From an uncultured bacterium (GTDB taxonomy: Bacteria > Babelota > Babeliae > Babelales > Vermiphilaceae): DNA of 64,000 bases. Positions within the stretch are counted from its first letter, which is position 1. Each line of letters starts with the position of its first letter. A model generated the notes under the pieces. It worked only from the letters and a program-made list of their open reading frames with translations, was not told where the DNA came from and searched no databases. Below are positions 1 to 9,140 of this stretch, one piece after another. A program made the translations under genes and the position numbers. The stretch covers positions 320,001 to 384,000 of the forward strand of contig OY969699.1 in assembly GCA_963702025.1 (NCBI GenBank). Reading direction: 5' to 3'.

Positions 1-2
1 GA

Positions 3-692
3 ACTGAACGTCAAGAAGAAGAGAATAAGAAAGCAGTAATAGCCACAATCAATGAACGATTAGAGAAAAAAATAGATCTAAATGAACTCATGCTTGCTTG
101 GCCGGGCCATAAACTGTTACATCGAGCGGTTCATTATGATCACACTGGTGAATTGGTGCTAAAATTACTCAAAGCTGGGGCATTCCCGGATGTATTCGAT
201 AACTGTGGACGAACTCCTCTCCATTGGGCATGCAATTCATTATCTCCCGAAAATCTAAAAATACTTCTTGCATATAATGCCAATCCCAATACTGCACTTC
301 GCAACTCTACCCCTTTGCATAAAATATCCGAATCAACTAATAATTCGAGCTCCAACACACAAATAGCAGTTAAGCTTTTACTTGCTCACGGTGCGCATCC
401 TTTAAAAAAAAATTGTTATGGAGAAACATGTTTGCAAATATTAGCTAAATATAATCCGAAATTAGAACAAATAACCAGGCGGATTTACCATCATAAAATT
501 GCTGCCTATATTTTGTTGCTGAGAGGAAAAGAAACAAATGAGTCTTTATTCAGACGCCTGCCAAAAGATTTGCTCAAATTGATTCTGGGTAGCATTTTCC
601 CCAATTTTCCATGGCCAGGAGAAATTTTGAATTCCGCCAAACTTCTTGATCTTTTGAAATCAGAGCAAAAGCAAATTAAAGGAGATTCATGA
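3..692 (+). CDS. Ankyrin-repeat protein with C-terminal F-box-like motif (5' truncated by window edge)
   Basis: Frame is open from position 3. Ankyrin motifs GRTPLHWAC, STPLHKI, GETCLQIL; C-terminal SLFRRLPKDLLKLILGSIFP. Confidence 0.85.
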   Translation, partial: TERQEEENKKAVIATINERLEKKIDLNELMLAWPGHKLLHRAVHYDHTGELVLKLLKAGAFPDVFDNCGRTPLHWACNSLSPENLKILLAYNANPNTALRNSTPLHKISESTNNSSSNTQIAVKLLLAHGAHPLKKNCYGETCLQILAKYNPKLEQITRRIYHHKIAAYILLLRGKETNESLFRRLPKDLLKLILGSIFPNFPWPGEILNSAKLLDLLKSEQKQIKGDS

Positions 693-1762
693 AAAAAAAA
701 TTTGTAGTTTTGGTAGTGTTAATCGTGCTCAACTCAAATACCATAAAAGCATGTTATAGCACACTTGAACATATGTCACGGCGACATACAGCAACCGAGA
801 CGGCAGAAACACTGAGAGCACTACGCGAAAGCAAAGAAAAAGAAGAGCGTGAAAAAAAAGAAAAAACACAAAAATTGATAAAAACTCTTGAAGATGCACT
901 GGCAAAAAACGAAAGTGTGAGCCATTTCTGCAATCTAACTGACCCGAAAAATGCTCTCTTTCAACTTGCCCAAAGCGATGAATATATTGAGATAACAAAA
1001 AAAATTTTAAAATCGGGAATAATGCTCAATCCATACACGTTGCAGCCTTATCAAAAATATTCTCCCTTACACGGTGCCGTGCAAAATTTGGCCGTAGAAA
1101 CAACTAAAGAATTACTACGTCATGGCATCCTCCCCAATACCTACGATACTGATGCTGAAACGCCACTCTATAAAATTTGCAATTTTTCCAATGACTCGCC
1201 ACCGCAAATGGTGCAAAAAAGAATAACGATCGCTCGTGTTTTGCTGGCAAATAAAGCTGATCCTAATGCAATAAATGGGCACTTTGGCTATACGCCCAAT
1301 CCAACTGTATTATTTCCATTACTTGCGCCTTGCCTCGATCGTGATCGCTCTATTGAACAATTGGCTATACCCGAGCGCAAATCACTTTTTGATCTCTTAT
1401 TTAAAGCAGGAATAAAAATCCATATCGAGAACTCACAAAACATTACTGCTATGCAAAAAGCGTATGCAGAACTTGGCACGATACCCGAGTTTGTGGAATT
1501 GATAAATTATGTCTTTCAGCGTGAACGTGAAAAAGTATTAAAGATTCTACGCAAACCAGGAAAGGGACCAAAGGCGTATTCACCTTTTAAACTTTTACCT
1601 TTAGAAGTATGCGAGATGATCATTAGTTTTGCATATCCAGAAATAACCCTAAAACCTAAAAATCAGTTCCAATCTTCACTTACAAAGATGGAGTTTCTAA
1701 ACATGTTTAAAGAGGTAAGCACTGAAACCCTGTATCAAAGATCTCTCGGGAAAAATGCGTAA
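689..1762 (+). CDS. Secreted ankyrin-repeat protein with C-terminal F-box-like motif
   Basis: N-terminal signal peptide; YSPLHGAV and ETPLYKIC ankyrin motifs; SPFKLLPLEVCEMIISFAYP; ATGA overlap with the upstream gene. Confidence 0.85.
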   Translation: MKKKFVVLVVLIVLNSNTIKACYSTLEHMSRRHTATETAETLRALRESKEKEEREKKEKTQKLIKTLEDALAKNESVSHFCNLTDPKNALFQLAQSDEYIEITKKILKSGIMLNPYTLQPYQKYSPLHGAVQNLAVETTKELLRHGILPNTYDTDAETPLYKICNFSNDSPPQMVQKRITIARVLLANKADPNAINGHFGYTPNPTVLFPLLAPCLDRDRSIEQLAIPERKSLFDLLFKAGIKIHIENSQNITAMQKAYAELGTIPEFVELINYVFQREREKVLKILRKPGKGPKAYSPFKLLPLEVCEMIISFAYPEITLKPKNQFQSSLTKMEFLNMFKEVSTETLYQRSLGKNA

Positions 1763-1849
1763 TCCATCTTTGCTCCTTTCTGCAACCTGACATACAGGCC
1801 GTTTTATGCTATTATAGGGTATAATTAACCCTTTTTTTACAAGAATTTA

Positions 1850-2992
1850 ATGAAGAAAAAAATAATCATTTTCACCAGTTCAGGTGGCCAGGGCCATATT
1901 AGTGCCATGAAGGCCATTCAGGCTTACTTGGGCAACGAATATGAAACTAAACCAGTATTTATTTTCGATGAAGTCTTTAAAGGAATAGACCCAAGCTCGC
2001 GGCTCACTTTTGGTGCCATCAACGGGGAAGATATTTACAACTATTTCCTGCGAAAACGTTGGTATAAAATATTAAATTGCATGTATAATCTGGGCAACTG
2101 GTATTTTGGGTTGCGCGCCAAAAAAATGACGCGACTTGCCACTCAGTATTTACAACAGCACAAGCCGGATTTGGTTCTTTCAGTTACCCCGATTATCAAT
2201 GGGGTGCTTCTGCAAGCGTGCCAAAATGCTGATTTTCCCTTTCTTTTAATTCCTACCGATCTTGATGTTACCAGCTTTATTACCGGTATAAAAAATCCAA
2301 CCTATGCCAAATTTCAACTGGTTATCGGCTTTGATGATCCCATAATTAAAGAAAAGTTGAGTGCGGCACATATAAACCCTGCACAAATTTCAGCAGCCGG
2401 ATTACCGGTGCGATCCAGTTTTTTTGAAGAAAAAAATATTCCTGAACTTAAAAAGAAATACAACGTTCCAACGGATAAGCCGGTGATTGTGCTCATGATG
2501 GGCGGTCAAGGCAACACCAATATTGTCACATTTGCCAAACAATTGGCAACGCTTACCATCCCTGCGCATATCATAATTTTTACCGGCAAAGATGGCAAGA
2601 TCGCAAAACGTCTTGAGCGCTTAAAGCTTAATCCCATGCTTTCTTTAACCATCATCAGATTTACCGAACATGTTGCGGATCTTATGGCAACTGCCGACCT
2701 TTTAATCACCAAATCCGGCTCGGTGAGCTTTTGCGAAGGAATATATTTAAATATTCCTATGATTTTGGATTCAACAGCAACGTTACTTTACTGGGAACGG
2801 CTCAATCATACCTTGTTAACCGCACACGATTGGGGAATTTGCTTGCAAAATGCACATGATTTGCGTCAAGCAGTCACCACCATTATTGCAAATCCGGGTT
2901 ATGATGAAGCGATCAAAGAACGGCTTAAAAAATATCCAAAAAAACGGCTCGATCAGGAAATAAAGCCGATTATAGAAAAATTGATTGGATAA
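1850..2992 (+). CDS. MGDG synthase/UgtP-like glycosyltransferase (GT28)
   Basis: SSGGQGHISA, PTD, MGGQG and DLLITKSGSVSFCE motifs typical of diacylglycerol glycosyltransferases. Confidence 0.85.
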   Translation: MKKKIIIFTSSGGQGHISAMKAIQAYLGNEYETKPVFIFDEVFKGIDPSSRLTFGAINGEDIYNYFLRKRWYKILNCMYNLGNWYFGLRAKKMTRLATQYLQQHKPDLVLSVTPIINGVLLQACQNADFPFLLIPTDLDVTSFITGIKNPTYAKFQLVIGFDDPIIKEKLSAAHINPAQISAAGLPVRSSFFEEKNIPELKKKYNVPTDKPVIVLMMGGQGNTNIVTFAKQLATLTIPAHIIIFTGKDGKIAKRLERLKLNPMLSLTIIRFTEHVADLMATADLLITKSGSVSFCEGIYLNIPMILDSTATLLYWERLNHTLLTAHDWGICLQNAHDLRQAVTTIIANPGYDEAIKERLKKYPKKRLDQEIKPIIEKLIG

Positions 2993-3057
2993 GCAACATT
3001 CCGATTCATTAATGCAATAGAGAGCGCATAAGCGATATGCTTAAAGAAATATGCTAA

Positions 3058-3603
3058 TTACTTCTCCGACCTCATTAGCAAGAAACCCTTCAAAATACTT
3101 AAAATAACTGTTCGTTCGGCTAAATACTCAATCTCTTTATCCGGGCTCTTGATGCATTTTATTGCAACATCCTGTTGAATACGTTCGACTATAGAAACCA
3201 GAGGCAGAAGGTTATTTGTATCTTCAAGGTTTGCTGTTCGCAAGATACTCCATTCCTTTGAACTCAAAATTGCACGTAGTTTTTCCTCTACCGCCTGAGT
3301 ACTTTTAGTCACCCGCGCAGAGAAGCTATTTTCTTCATGACCTGCCTGCGCTTTTTTTTCGTACAACGCTTTAAACACATGCGTGGAAAATTCTATAGTT
3401 TTTATTTCTTTCTGCTTTTCCTTAATTTGCAGATCAGCTACTTGATCAAATAAATTTTTATTGCAGGCAACAAAATTCTGCAATTCTTCTTTATCTTGTG
3501 CCAACTGAGCCGCCAGTAACGCCTCTTTGGCAGACTGATTTGGACCGGTTGCACCGATATAGTTTGCGCTGAAAGTAAGAACAACAATTAATTTGTATTT
3601 CAT
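3058..3603 (-). CDS. Hypothetical secreted helical protein
   Basis: 181-aa ORF with signal-like N-terminus and a GGGGA SD-like sequence upstream. Confidence 0.7.
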   Translation of the reverse strand: MKYKLIVVLTFSANYIGATGPNQSAKEALLAAQLAQDKEELQNFVACNKNLFDQVADLQIKEKQKEIKTIEFSTHVFKALYEKKAQAGHEENSFSARVTKSTQAVEEKLRAILSSKEWSILRTANLEDTNNLLPLVSIVERIQQDVAIKCIKSPDKEIEYLAERTVILSILKGFLLMRSEK

Positions 3604-3618
3604 AATGTCCCCTATAGT

Positions 3619-3647
3619 TAAAAAAAGGGGCTGAACATTCAGCCCCT
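3619..3647 (-). terminator. Intrinsic terminator after OmpA/Pal gene
   Basis: AGGGGCTGAA-c-aTTCAGCCCCT hairpin; the A-run on + reads as a U-tract on -. Confidence 0.8.
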
Positions 3648-3665
3648 ACAATATTATCAAATTAT

Positions 3666-4313
3666 TTACGCAGCAACCGCAATCACTTGAATTTCATCAC
3701 GACGATTCGGCGCTTGTTGATCCTTATTGCCGGTGCATGGTTTACCATTAACCAGCTCAGGGTAATCAGTTCCACGACCCACAATCTTGATACGATCGGC
3801 AGGAATTCCTTGCGCTACAGCACAATCTTTGAGTGTTTTTGCCCGTTTTTCTGAAAGGAAATAGTTATATGTCTTGGATCCTGCAAAATGATCGGCATTT
3901 CCATTAATCACAAATTCAACTCGAACGCCGGTTTTTTCTTCCTCAGCAAGCAACTGCTTCATGTGAGAAACATTATAATCAACAGACTCTTTTTCAGATG
4001 ATTTTATGCCATATTTATCAAAATCAAAATATACTTTCTTAAGACTTTGTGCCGTCTTGCCTGATCGATTTATCCAGACATACTGATTATCGTCTTCCTC
4101 AATAGGCGCCGCAAAAGAAGGATCATTGAGCGCTAACTCGTCAAGATCTTCTTCAAAAAAACTCTTAACACCATCACCGGCAACCGGAATATCAACATCC
4201 GTTAATATCTCTTTTTTATTAACCGGTCTTTTTTCCGCTTTTTTTGACTTAAAGAACCCGCAACCTGGCATTAAAACAATTACAGATAGTAATGCAATGA
4301 CTTGCTTATTCAT
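3666..4313 (-). CDS. OmpA/Pal-family peptidoglycan-associated lipoprotein
   Basis: Lipobox LMPGC; VYFDFDKY, YNYFLSEKRA and NRRDEI OmpA_C motifs. Confidence 0.88.
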   Translation of the reverse strand: MNKQVIALLSVIVLMPGCGFFKSKKAEKRPVNKKEILTDVDIPVAGDGVKSFFEEDLDELALNDPSFAAPIEEDDNQYVWINRSGKTAQSLKKVYFDFDKYGIKSSEKESVDYNVSHMKQLLAEEEKTGVRVEFVINGNADHFAGSKTYNYFLSEKRAKTLKDCAVAQGIPADRIKIVGRGTDYPELVNGKPCTGNKDQQAPNRRDEIQVIAVAA

Positions 4314-4461
4314 GAATACTCCCTAGTTGAGAAGGAAAGAAAAAAACTATTTTTATCCAAAAGCATAAGGACTTTAACACAAATTTGGCCAATTTTCTAC
4401 TCATTATCATCAAAATAAGCTATAGTTAAGAAAAGAAAAAATTAAAAAATGGCAAAAAAGC

Positions 4462-5979
4462 ATGAAAAAAATTTTAATTAATGAAAATCCCTGGCAAACG
4501 CGAATTGCTATTACCACCGATGGGCAATTGCAAAATGTCTACTTTACCGGGCACACAGAAAATCCCCTGGAAAGAGCGTTTTTCAAGGGAATTGTAACCA
4601 AAGTTTTACCCGGCATTCAAACAGCGTTTGTTGATATTGGCCAAGAAAAGGCCGGATTCTTGCATATTTCAGAGATCGATCGGGATCTTGCAATCGCAAA
4701 AATAAGCAAACATAGCCAAATTGACGATGAAGATGGCGAATCACCGCCCCGTCGTCACATTTCCCGTCAGCAAATCGATATTAGTAAAATCTTCAAAGAG
4801 GGCGATCAGATACTGGTACAAGCGAGCAAAGAACCGGTATACGAAAAGGGGGCAAAACTCTCCACCTGCTTCACGCTACCTGGCCGCTTTATTGTATTAA
4901 TGCCAAATATTCCACGAATTGGTGTTTCTAAAAAAATAGAGAATCGTGACGAGCGCATACGATTAAAAAACATCGTAAAACAAAATCTTCCTGACGGCAT
5001 GGGCGCCATTATTCGCACCACCAGTGATGAGCGTCCGGAAGCAGAAATTGTTAAAGATATTCAGTTTTTGCTTGAAACATGGGAACTGGTTCAAACTAAA
5101 TTCAAGAGCGCCGAGCCCAAAGAAAAAATATTTCAAGATATTGAACTGCCTCTTCAAATTGTGCGCGATCACCTTGACGATGACGTTGAAGAAGTGATTA
5201 CTGACAATAAAGACGGCCTGAATAAAGTATATAAGTTCGTTAAATCGATAGCCCCCGAATACAGCCAAAAAATAAAATTATATGAGGGCCCTTCACCGCT
5301 CTTTGAACATTTTGGCATCGAAAAGCAAATTGATGCGGCACTTGAGAAGAAAGTTTCATTAAAATCGGGCGGCTCATTAATCATCGAAACCACTGAAGCG
5401 ATGACCGTAGTTGATGTGAACACGGGTAAATTTACTGGCAAAAAGAATCTTGAAGAGACAATTCTTGCCACAAATCTTGAAGCTGCACAAGAAGTTGTTC
5501 GCCAATTACGGCTGCGCAACATCGGTGGCCTTATTGTAATTGATTTTATTGATATGGCTTCGGGCGCCAATAAACAGAAACTATTCAGATTCTTTGAAAA
5601 AATGCTCCGGGAAAAAGATAAATTCCAATCAGTAGTGCTCAAAATTTCTGAATTCGGCCTAGTTCAGATGACCCGAAAACGATCAGGCATTACTTTGCAG
5701 CAGCAGATGATGCAGAAATGCCAGGCCTGCAAAGGTCTTGGGTATGTAAAATCGCTAGAAACAGAATGTCATTTAATTTTGCGCCAGCTGCAAGAAAAAA
5801 TTAAAGAACAAAAATGGGGCAATGTGGCAGTTTTATATGTACATCCGGAAAATTTCAACCACTTGACCAGTGTTGAATACAATGCCATTTTATCATTAGA
5901 AAAAACGTATAAATGCAAAATTACCTTAGCAAGTGATAAAAATTTAAGTACAAGCACTTATAAAATCGAAAAAAAATAA
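4462..5979 (+). CDS. rng: Ribonuclease E/G family (short, RNase G-like)
   Basis: S1 domain VLPGIQTAFVDIG; VDVNTG; LRLRNIGGLIVIDFIDM; CQACKG zinc link. Confidence 0.93.
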   Translation: MKKILINENPWQTRIAITTDGQLQNVYFTGHTENPLERAFFKGIVTKVLPGIQTAFVDIGQEKAGFLHISEIDRDLAIAKISKHSQIDDEDGESPPRRHISRQQIDISKIFKEGDQILVQASKEPVYEKGAKLSTCFTLPGRFIVLMPNIPRIGVSKKIENRDERIRLKNIVKQNLPDGMGAIIRTTSDERPEAEIVKDIQFLLETWELVQTKFKSAEPKEKIFQDIELPLQIVRDHLDDDVEEVITDNKDGLNKVYKFVKSIAPEYSQKIKLYEGPSPLFEHFGIEKQIDAALEKKVSLKSGGSLIIETTEAMTVVDVNTGKFTGKKNLEETILATNLEAAQEVVRQLRLRNIGGLIVIDFIDMASGANKQKLFRFFEKMLREKDKFQSVVLKISEFGLVQMTRKRSGITLQQQMMQKCQACKGLGYVKSLETECHLILRQLQEKIKEQKWGNVAVLYVHPENFNHLTSVEYNAILSLEKTYKCKITLASDKNLSTSTYKIEKK

Positions 5980-5980
5980 C

Positions 5981-7441
5981 ATGTCAAAAACAGCTTCCGT
6001 TTTGGATAATTATCCAAATTATGAACTTAACATCGGTATTGAGGTCCACGTTCAATTACTTACCAAGAGCAAAATATTTTGTTCCTGCGCCAATCAAGTT
6101 GGCAAAACTCCCAATACTAATATTTGCAATATCTGTACCGCACAACCGGGCTCATTGCCGGTGCTCAATAAAAAAGTGGTCGAATATGCTATTAAAGCAG
6201 GACTTGCCACCAATTGCGCCATAACGCCGCGCAACACATTTGCTCGTAAACATTACTTTTATCCGGATCTGCCCAAAGGGTACCAAATAAGCCAAAATGA
6301 AGATCCTATTTGCACGGCCGGTTATGTGCCGATCCGTTTGGAAGACGGATCGATTAAAAAAATTCGATTGATCCGTATTCACATGGAAGAAGATGCGGGC
6401 AAAAATATTCATGCCGAGCATGAAAATGCAAGCTTTGTTGATCTCAACCGTGCCGGCACGCCGCTTCTTGAAATCGTAACATATCCTGATATTGCAAGCA
6501 CTTATGAAGCAAAAGCATACTTGCGCGCCCTGCGATTAATTGTGCAGTATTTAGGCATTTGTTCGGGCAATATGGAAGAAGGAGCCTTCCGCGCCGATAC
6601 CAATATTTCTGTCCGCAAAAAGGGCGCGGAAAAATTAGGAACGCGGTGCGAATTGAAAAATATTAACTCATTTAAATTTATCGGCGACGCGATTGAACAT
6701 GAAATTGAGCGCCAAATTGAACTTATTGAGAGCGGCCAAAAAGTACGCCAAGAAACGCGCTTATGGGATACAAAAAATAAAAAAACCATCATGATGCGCA
6801 GCAAAGAAGAGGCAGCCGACTACCGGTATTTCCAAGATCCGGATTTACCGATTCTGGAAATTAACCAAGATATGATCGATGATGCTAAAAAAACAATGGC
6901 AGAATTGCCCTACGATCGGTTTGATCGCTATGTAAATCAAAACGGTTTATCTGCCTATGAAGCCGAGATTTTAGTTGATGATATTGAACTGGCATCCTAT
7001 TACGAACAGGCGCATAAACTCAATCCAAGCAAATCGATTGTGAATTGGATATTGCGCGATATTATGGGCCATCTCAAAGAACATAAAATACCGCTAAACG
7101 AATTAAAAATGACCCCTGATAAACTGGCAACGCTCATTGGCTTAGTGGAGAAGGGCGTTATTAATAATCGCGCGGCGCAAGAAGTTTTTGCCATCGTTTG
7201 CCAAACCGGCCAAAACCCGGAACAGGTTGTTAAAGAAAAAGGGCTTGAACAAATCGGATCAAGCGAAGAACTTGAAGCAATGGTTAAAGAATTGCTTGCT
7301 GCCAATGTGGCACAAGTTGCCGATTATAAAGCGGGCAATGTAAAATTATTTGGCTTTTTTGTTGGGCAGATGATGCAGAAAACAAAAGGCAAAGGCGATC
7401 CGAAAGTAATTCAGGAATTACTTAAAAAACATTTGAGTTAA
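5981..7441 (+). CDS. gatB: Asp-tRNA(Asn)/Glu-tRNA(Gln) amidotransferase subunit B
   Basis: IGIEVHVQL, RKHYFYPDLPKGYQISQ, DLNRAGTPLLEIVT, ADYRYF and a YqeY-like tail. Confidence 0.97.
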   Translation: MSKTASVLDNYPNYELNIGIEVHVQLLTKSKIFCSCANQVGKTPNTNICNICTAQPGSLPVLNKKVVEYAIKAGLATNCAITPRNTFARKHYFYPDLPKGYQISQNEDPICTAGYVPIRLEDGSIKKIRLIRIHMEEDAGKNIHAEHENASFVDLNRAGTPLLEIVTYPDIASTYEAKAYLRALRLIVQYLGICSGNMEEGAFRADTNISVRKKGAEKLGTRCELKNINSFKFIGDAIEHEIERQIELIESGQKVRQETRLWDTKNKKTIMMRSKEEAADYRYFQDPDLPILEINQDMIDDAKKTMAELPYDRFDRYVNQNGLSAYEAEILVDDIELASYYEQAHKLNPSKSIVNWILRDIMGHLKEHKIPLNELKMTPDKLATLIGLVEKGVINNRAAQEVFAIVCQTGQNPEQVVKEKGLEQIGSSEELEAMVKELLAANVAQVADYKAGNVKLFGFFVGQMMQKTKGKGDPKVIQELLKKHLS

Positions 7442-7453
7442 AAAGCGTGGGCG

Positions 7454-7798
7454 ATGCGTAAAAATGTACTGCTATTTTTACCAACACTTATCACTCTGCA
7501 CACGGTGGCATTTCAGCATGATGCTTCAAATATCCTTAAAAAAGAGATAAAAATTATTTATTATTACCCGGACTACGATCCGAATTCTATGGAAGTTGAA
7601 TTTCAGGATGGTGAAAGTGTTCAAATTAAATTGGCAGTTCAAAAACCAAGCGCTCGCTATTGCATGAAAAATAGAAAAACGGGAGAAGTTATAGGCACTA
7701 TGCAAATAACCGATCCACCACCTCAAGAATTGTTTGAATTTTATCAGAAAAAATATAATGATTTCTATGCAAAAACTTTAACAAGGAAAAGCACATGA
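7454..7798 (+). CDS. Hypothetical secreted protein
   Basis: 114-aa ORF with signal-like N-terminus; operonic with gatB. Confidence 0.65.
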   Translation: MRKNVLLFLPTLITLHTVAFQHDASNILKKEIKIIYYYPDYDPNSMEVEFQDGESVQIKLAVQKPSARYCMKNRKTGEVIGTMQITDPPPQELFEFYQKKYNDFYAKTLTRKST

Positions 7799-8190
7799 CC
7801 ATTTTTAAACACTTTCTTGCCATTTCATTATTCACATCAACCATTAACGTTTTGTGTATCGATCGTGTCAATCAAATCGGTTCAGCAATCGCTGTTATTG
7901 CCAGCGGCCAGCATATGATTCGGGAGTATAAACAGAGTGTGCAAAAACTAGAACAAGCGCAAAATAATCAAATTCCTTACATGGTTCCGGAAAATACCAA
8001 TGATACAAAATATGTTGCGCTTGCAAAACAACTACGGAGCAAAATTAATTGTGCATTGCAAAGCCCCCAATTCAGACTCTGGACCGGTACCACAGTAGCC
8101 TCTGCATGTATATTAATTTACAACCTTATACCAGATTCACCAAAAATGTCCGGTGCGAGAACGTTTAAAGTAAGAACTTTTCAAACTTGA
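7795..8190 (+). CDS. Hypothetical secreted/membrane protein
   Basis: ATGA overlap with upstream ORF; hydrophobic N- and C-terminal segments. Confidence 0.65.
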   Translation: MTIFKHFLAISLFTSTINVLCIDRVNQIGSAIAVIASGQHMIREYKQSVQKLEQAQNNQIPYMVPENTNDTKYVALAKQLRSKINCALQSPQFRLWTGTTVASACILIYNLIPDSPKMSGARTFKVRTFQT

Positions 8191-8203
8191 TCTTGATTAA
8201 TGG

Positions 8204-8339
8204 CCGCTCGTGGTGAGTGATTGCGAAGCAATCGTATCGAACCATGCGGCCTAAAAAAGTATAAGAAATTTTATTGATGAATATTTATTAAACCCGCATG
8301 GTTCGATACATTCACTGCGTTCGCACTTACCACGAGCGG
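8204..8339. repeat. Inverted pair of REP-like palindromic units
   Basis: 8204-8249 CCGCTCGTGGTGAGT-GATTG-CGAAG-CAATC-GTATCGAACCATGCGG and its inverted, partly diverged copy at 8294-8339. Confidence 0.85.
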
Positions 8340-8397
8340 GCATGATTGACTTTTACAATTCTTAACTCCATTAGCGTTAGATTAAAGGAAATTAATT

Positions 8398-8643
8398 ATG
8401 ACTAAAAAACTTGTTAAGCATGGCAACAACCTTGCATTAATTATTGATAAATCAACATTAAAAAAGCTAAATATTGATGAAAAAACCGATTTAAAAATAT
8501 CTGTCTCGGGGGACTCATTAATTATTGCGCCTGATAAAACAAAAAAAACTGTACCTAAAAAAGAAAAAAGTGACATAAAAACTATAGCTAAGCAAATCAT
8601 GAAGGCTCATGATGCGACATTTAAAAAATTAGCCAAAACATGA
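8398..8643 (+). CDS. AbrB/MazE-fold antitoxin
   Basis: MTKKLVKHGNNLALIIDK AbrB signature; C-terminal HDATFKKLAK typical of Doc-associated antitoxins. Confidence 0.88.
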   Translation: MTKKLVKHGNNLALIIDKSTLKKLNIDEKTDLKISVSGDSLIIAPDKTKKTVPKKEKSDIKTIAKQIMKAHDATFKKLAKT

Positions 8644-9025
8644 AAGATATAATCTTTCTTACTGTCTCAGAAGCAATTGAGCTTCATAATTTGCTGATTA
8701 AAAAATATGGTGGCATTGCCGGAATTCGCGATAAAAAGCTATTAGAATCTGCTATGGCACAACCCAAATGACTATTTTTGGGCAATTTGTTTGCAAAGAT
8801 ACTTTTGAAATGGCTGCAGCTTATTGCTATCACATTGCTAAAAATCATCCTTTTGTTGACGGTAACAAACGGGCAGCCTTGCTAACTTCTCTTACTTTTC
8901 TTAAAGAAAATGGATTCTCCATCAACCAAGAAGTTGATTTCTATGCCTTTATGCTTGATGTTGCCTCTTCAAAGCTATCAAAAGAACAGATTGCTCACTT
9001 TTTTAAAACTAATTTCAAAAAGTAG
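8640..9025 (+). pseudogene. doc: Doc/Fic-family toxin interrupted by a 1-nt frameshift
   Basis: ATG 8640 gives MKDIIFLTVSEAIELHNLLIKKYGGIAGIRDKKLLESAMAQPK, then stop at 8769-8771. The -1 frame continues MTIFGQ...HPFVDGNKR to 9025. Confidence 0.85.
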
Positions 9026-9140
9026 CTTCTTTCCCTGCAAAAATTGCAAATAGAAAACATACCATTTATTGACATTAATTAAATTTCTATTATATTTAAT
9101 ATCAAAATAGATTATTTTCTATCATTCAAATGGAGATTTT

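Noticed and set aside
8760..8775. Programmed -1 ribosomal frameshift in doc
   Set aside because: A-CCC-AAA is not an in-frame X-XXY-YYZ slippery heptamer and I see no clear stimulatory structure; mutation or error is simpler.
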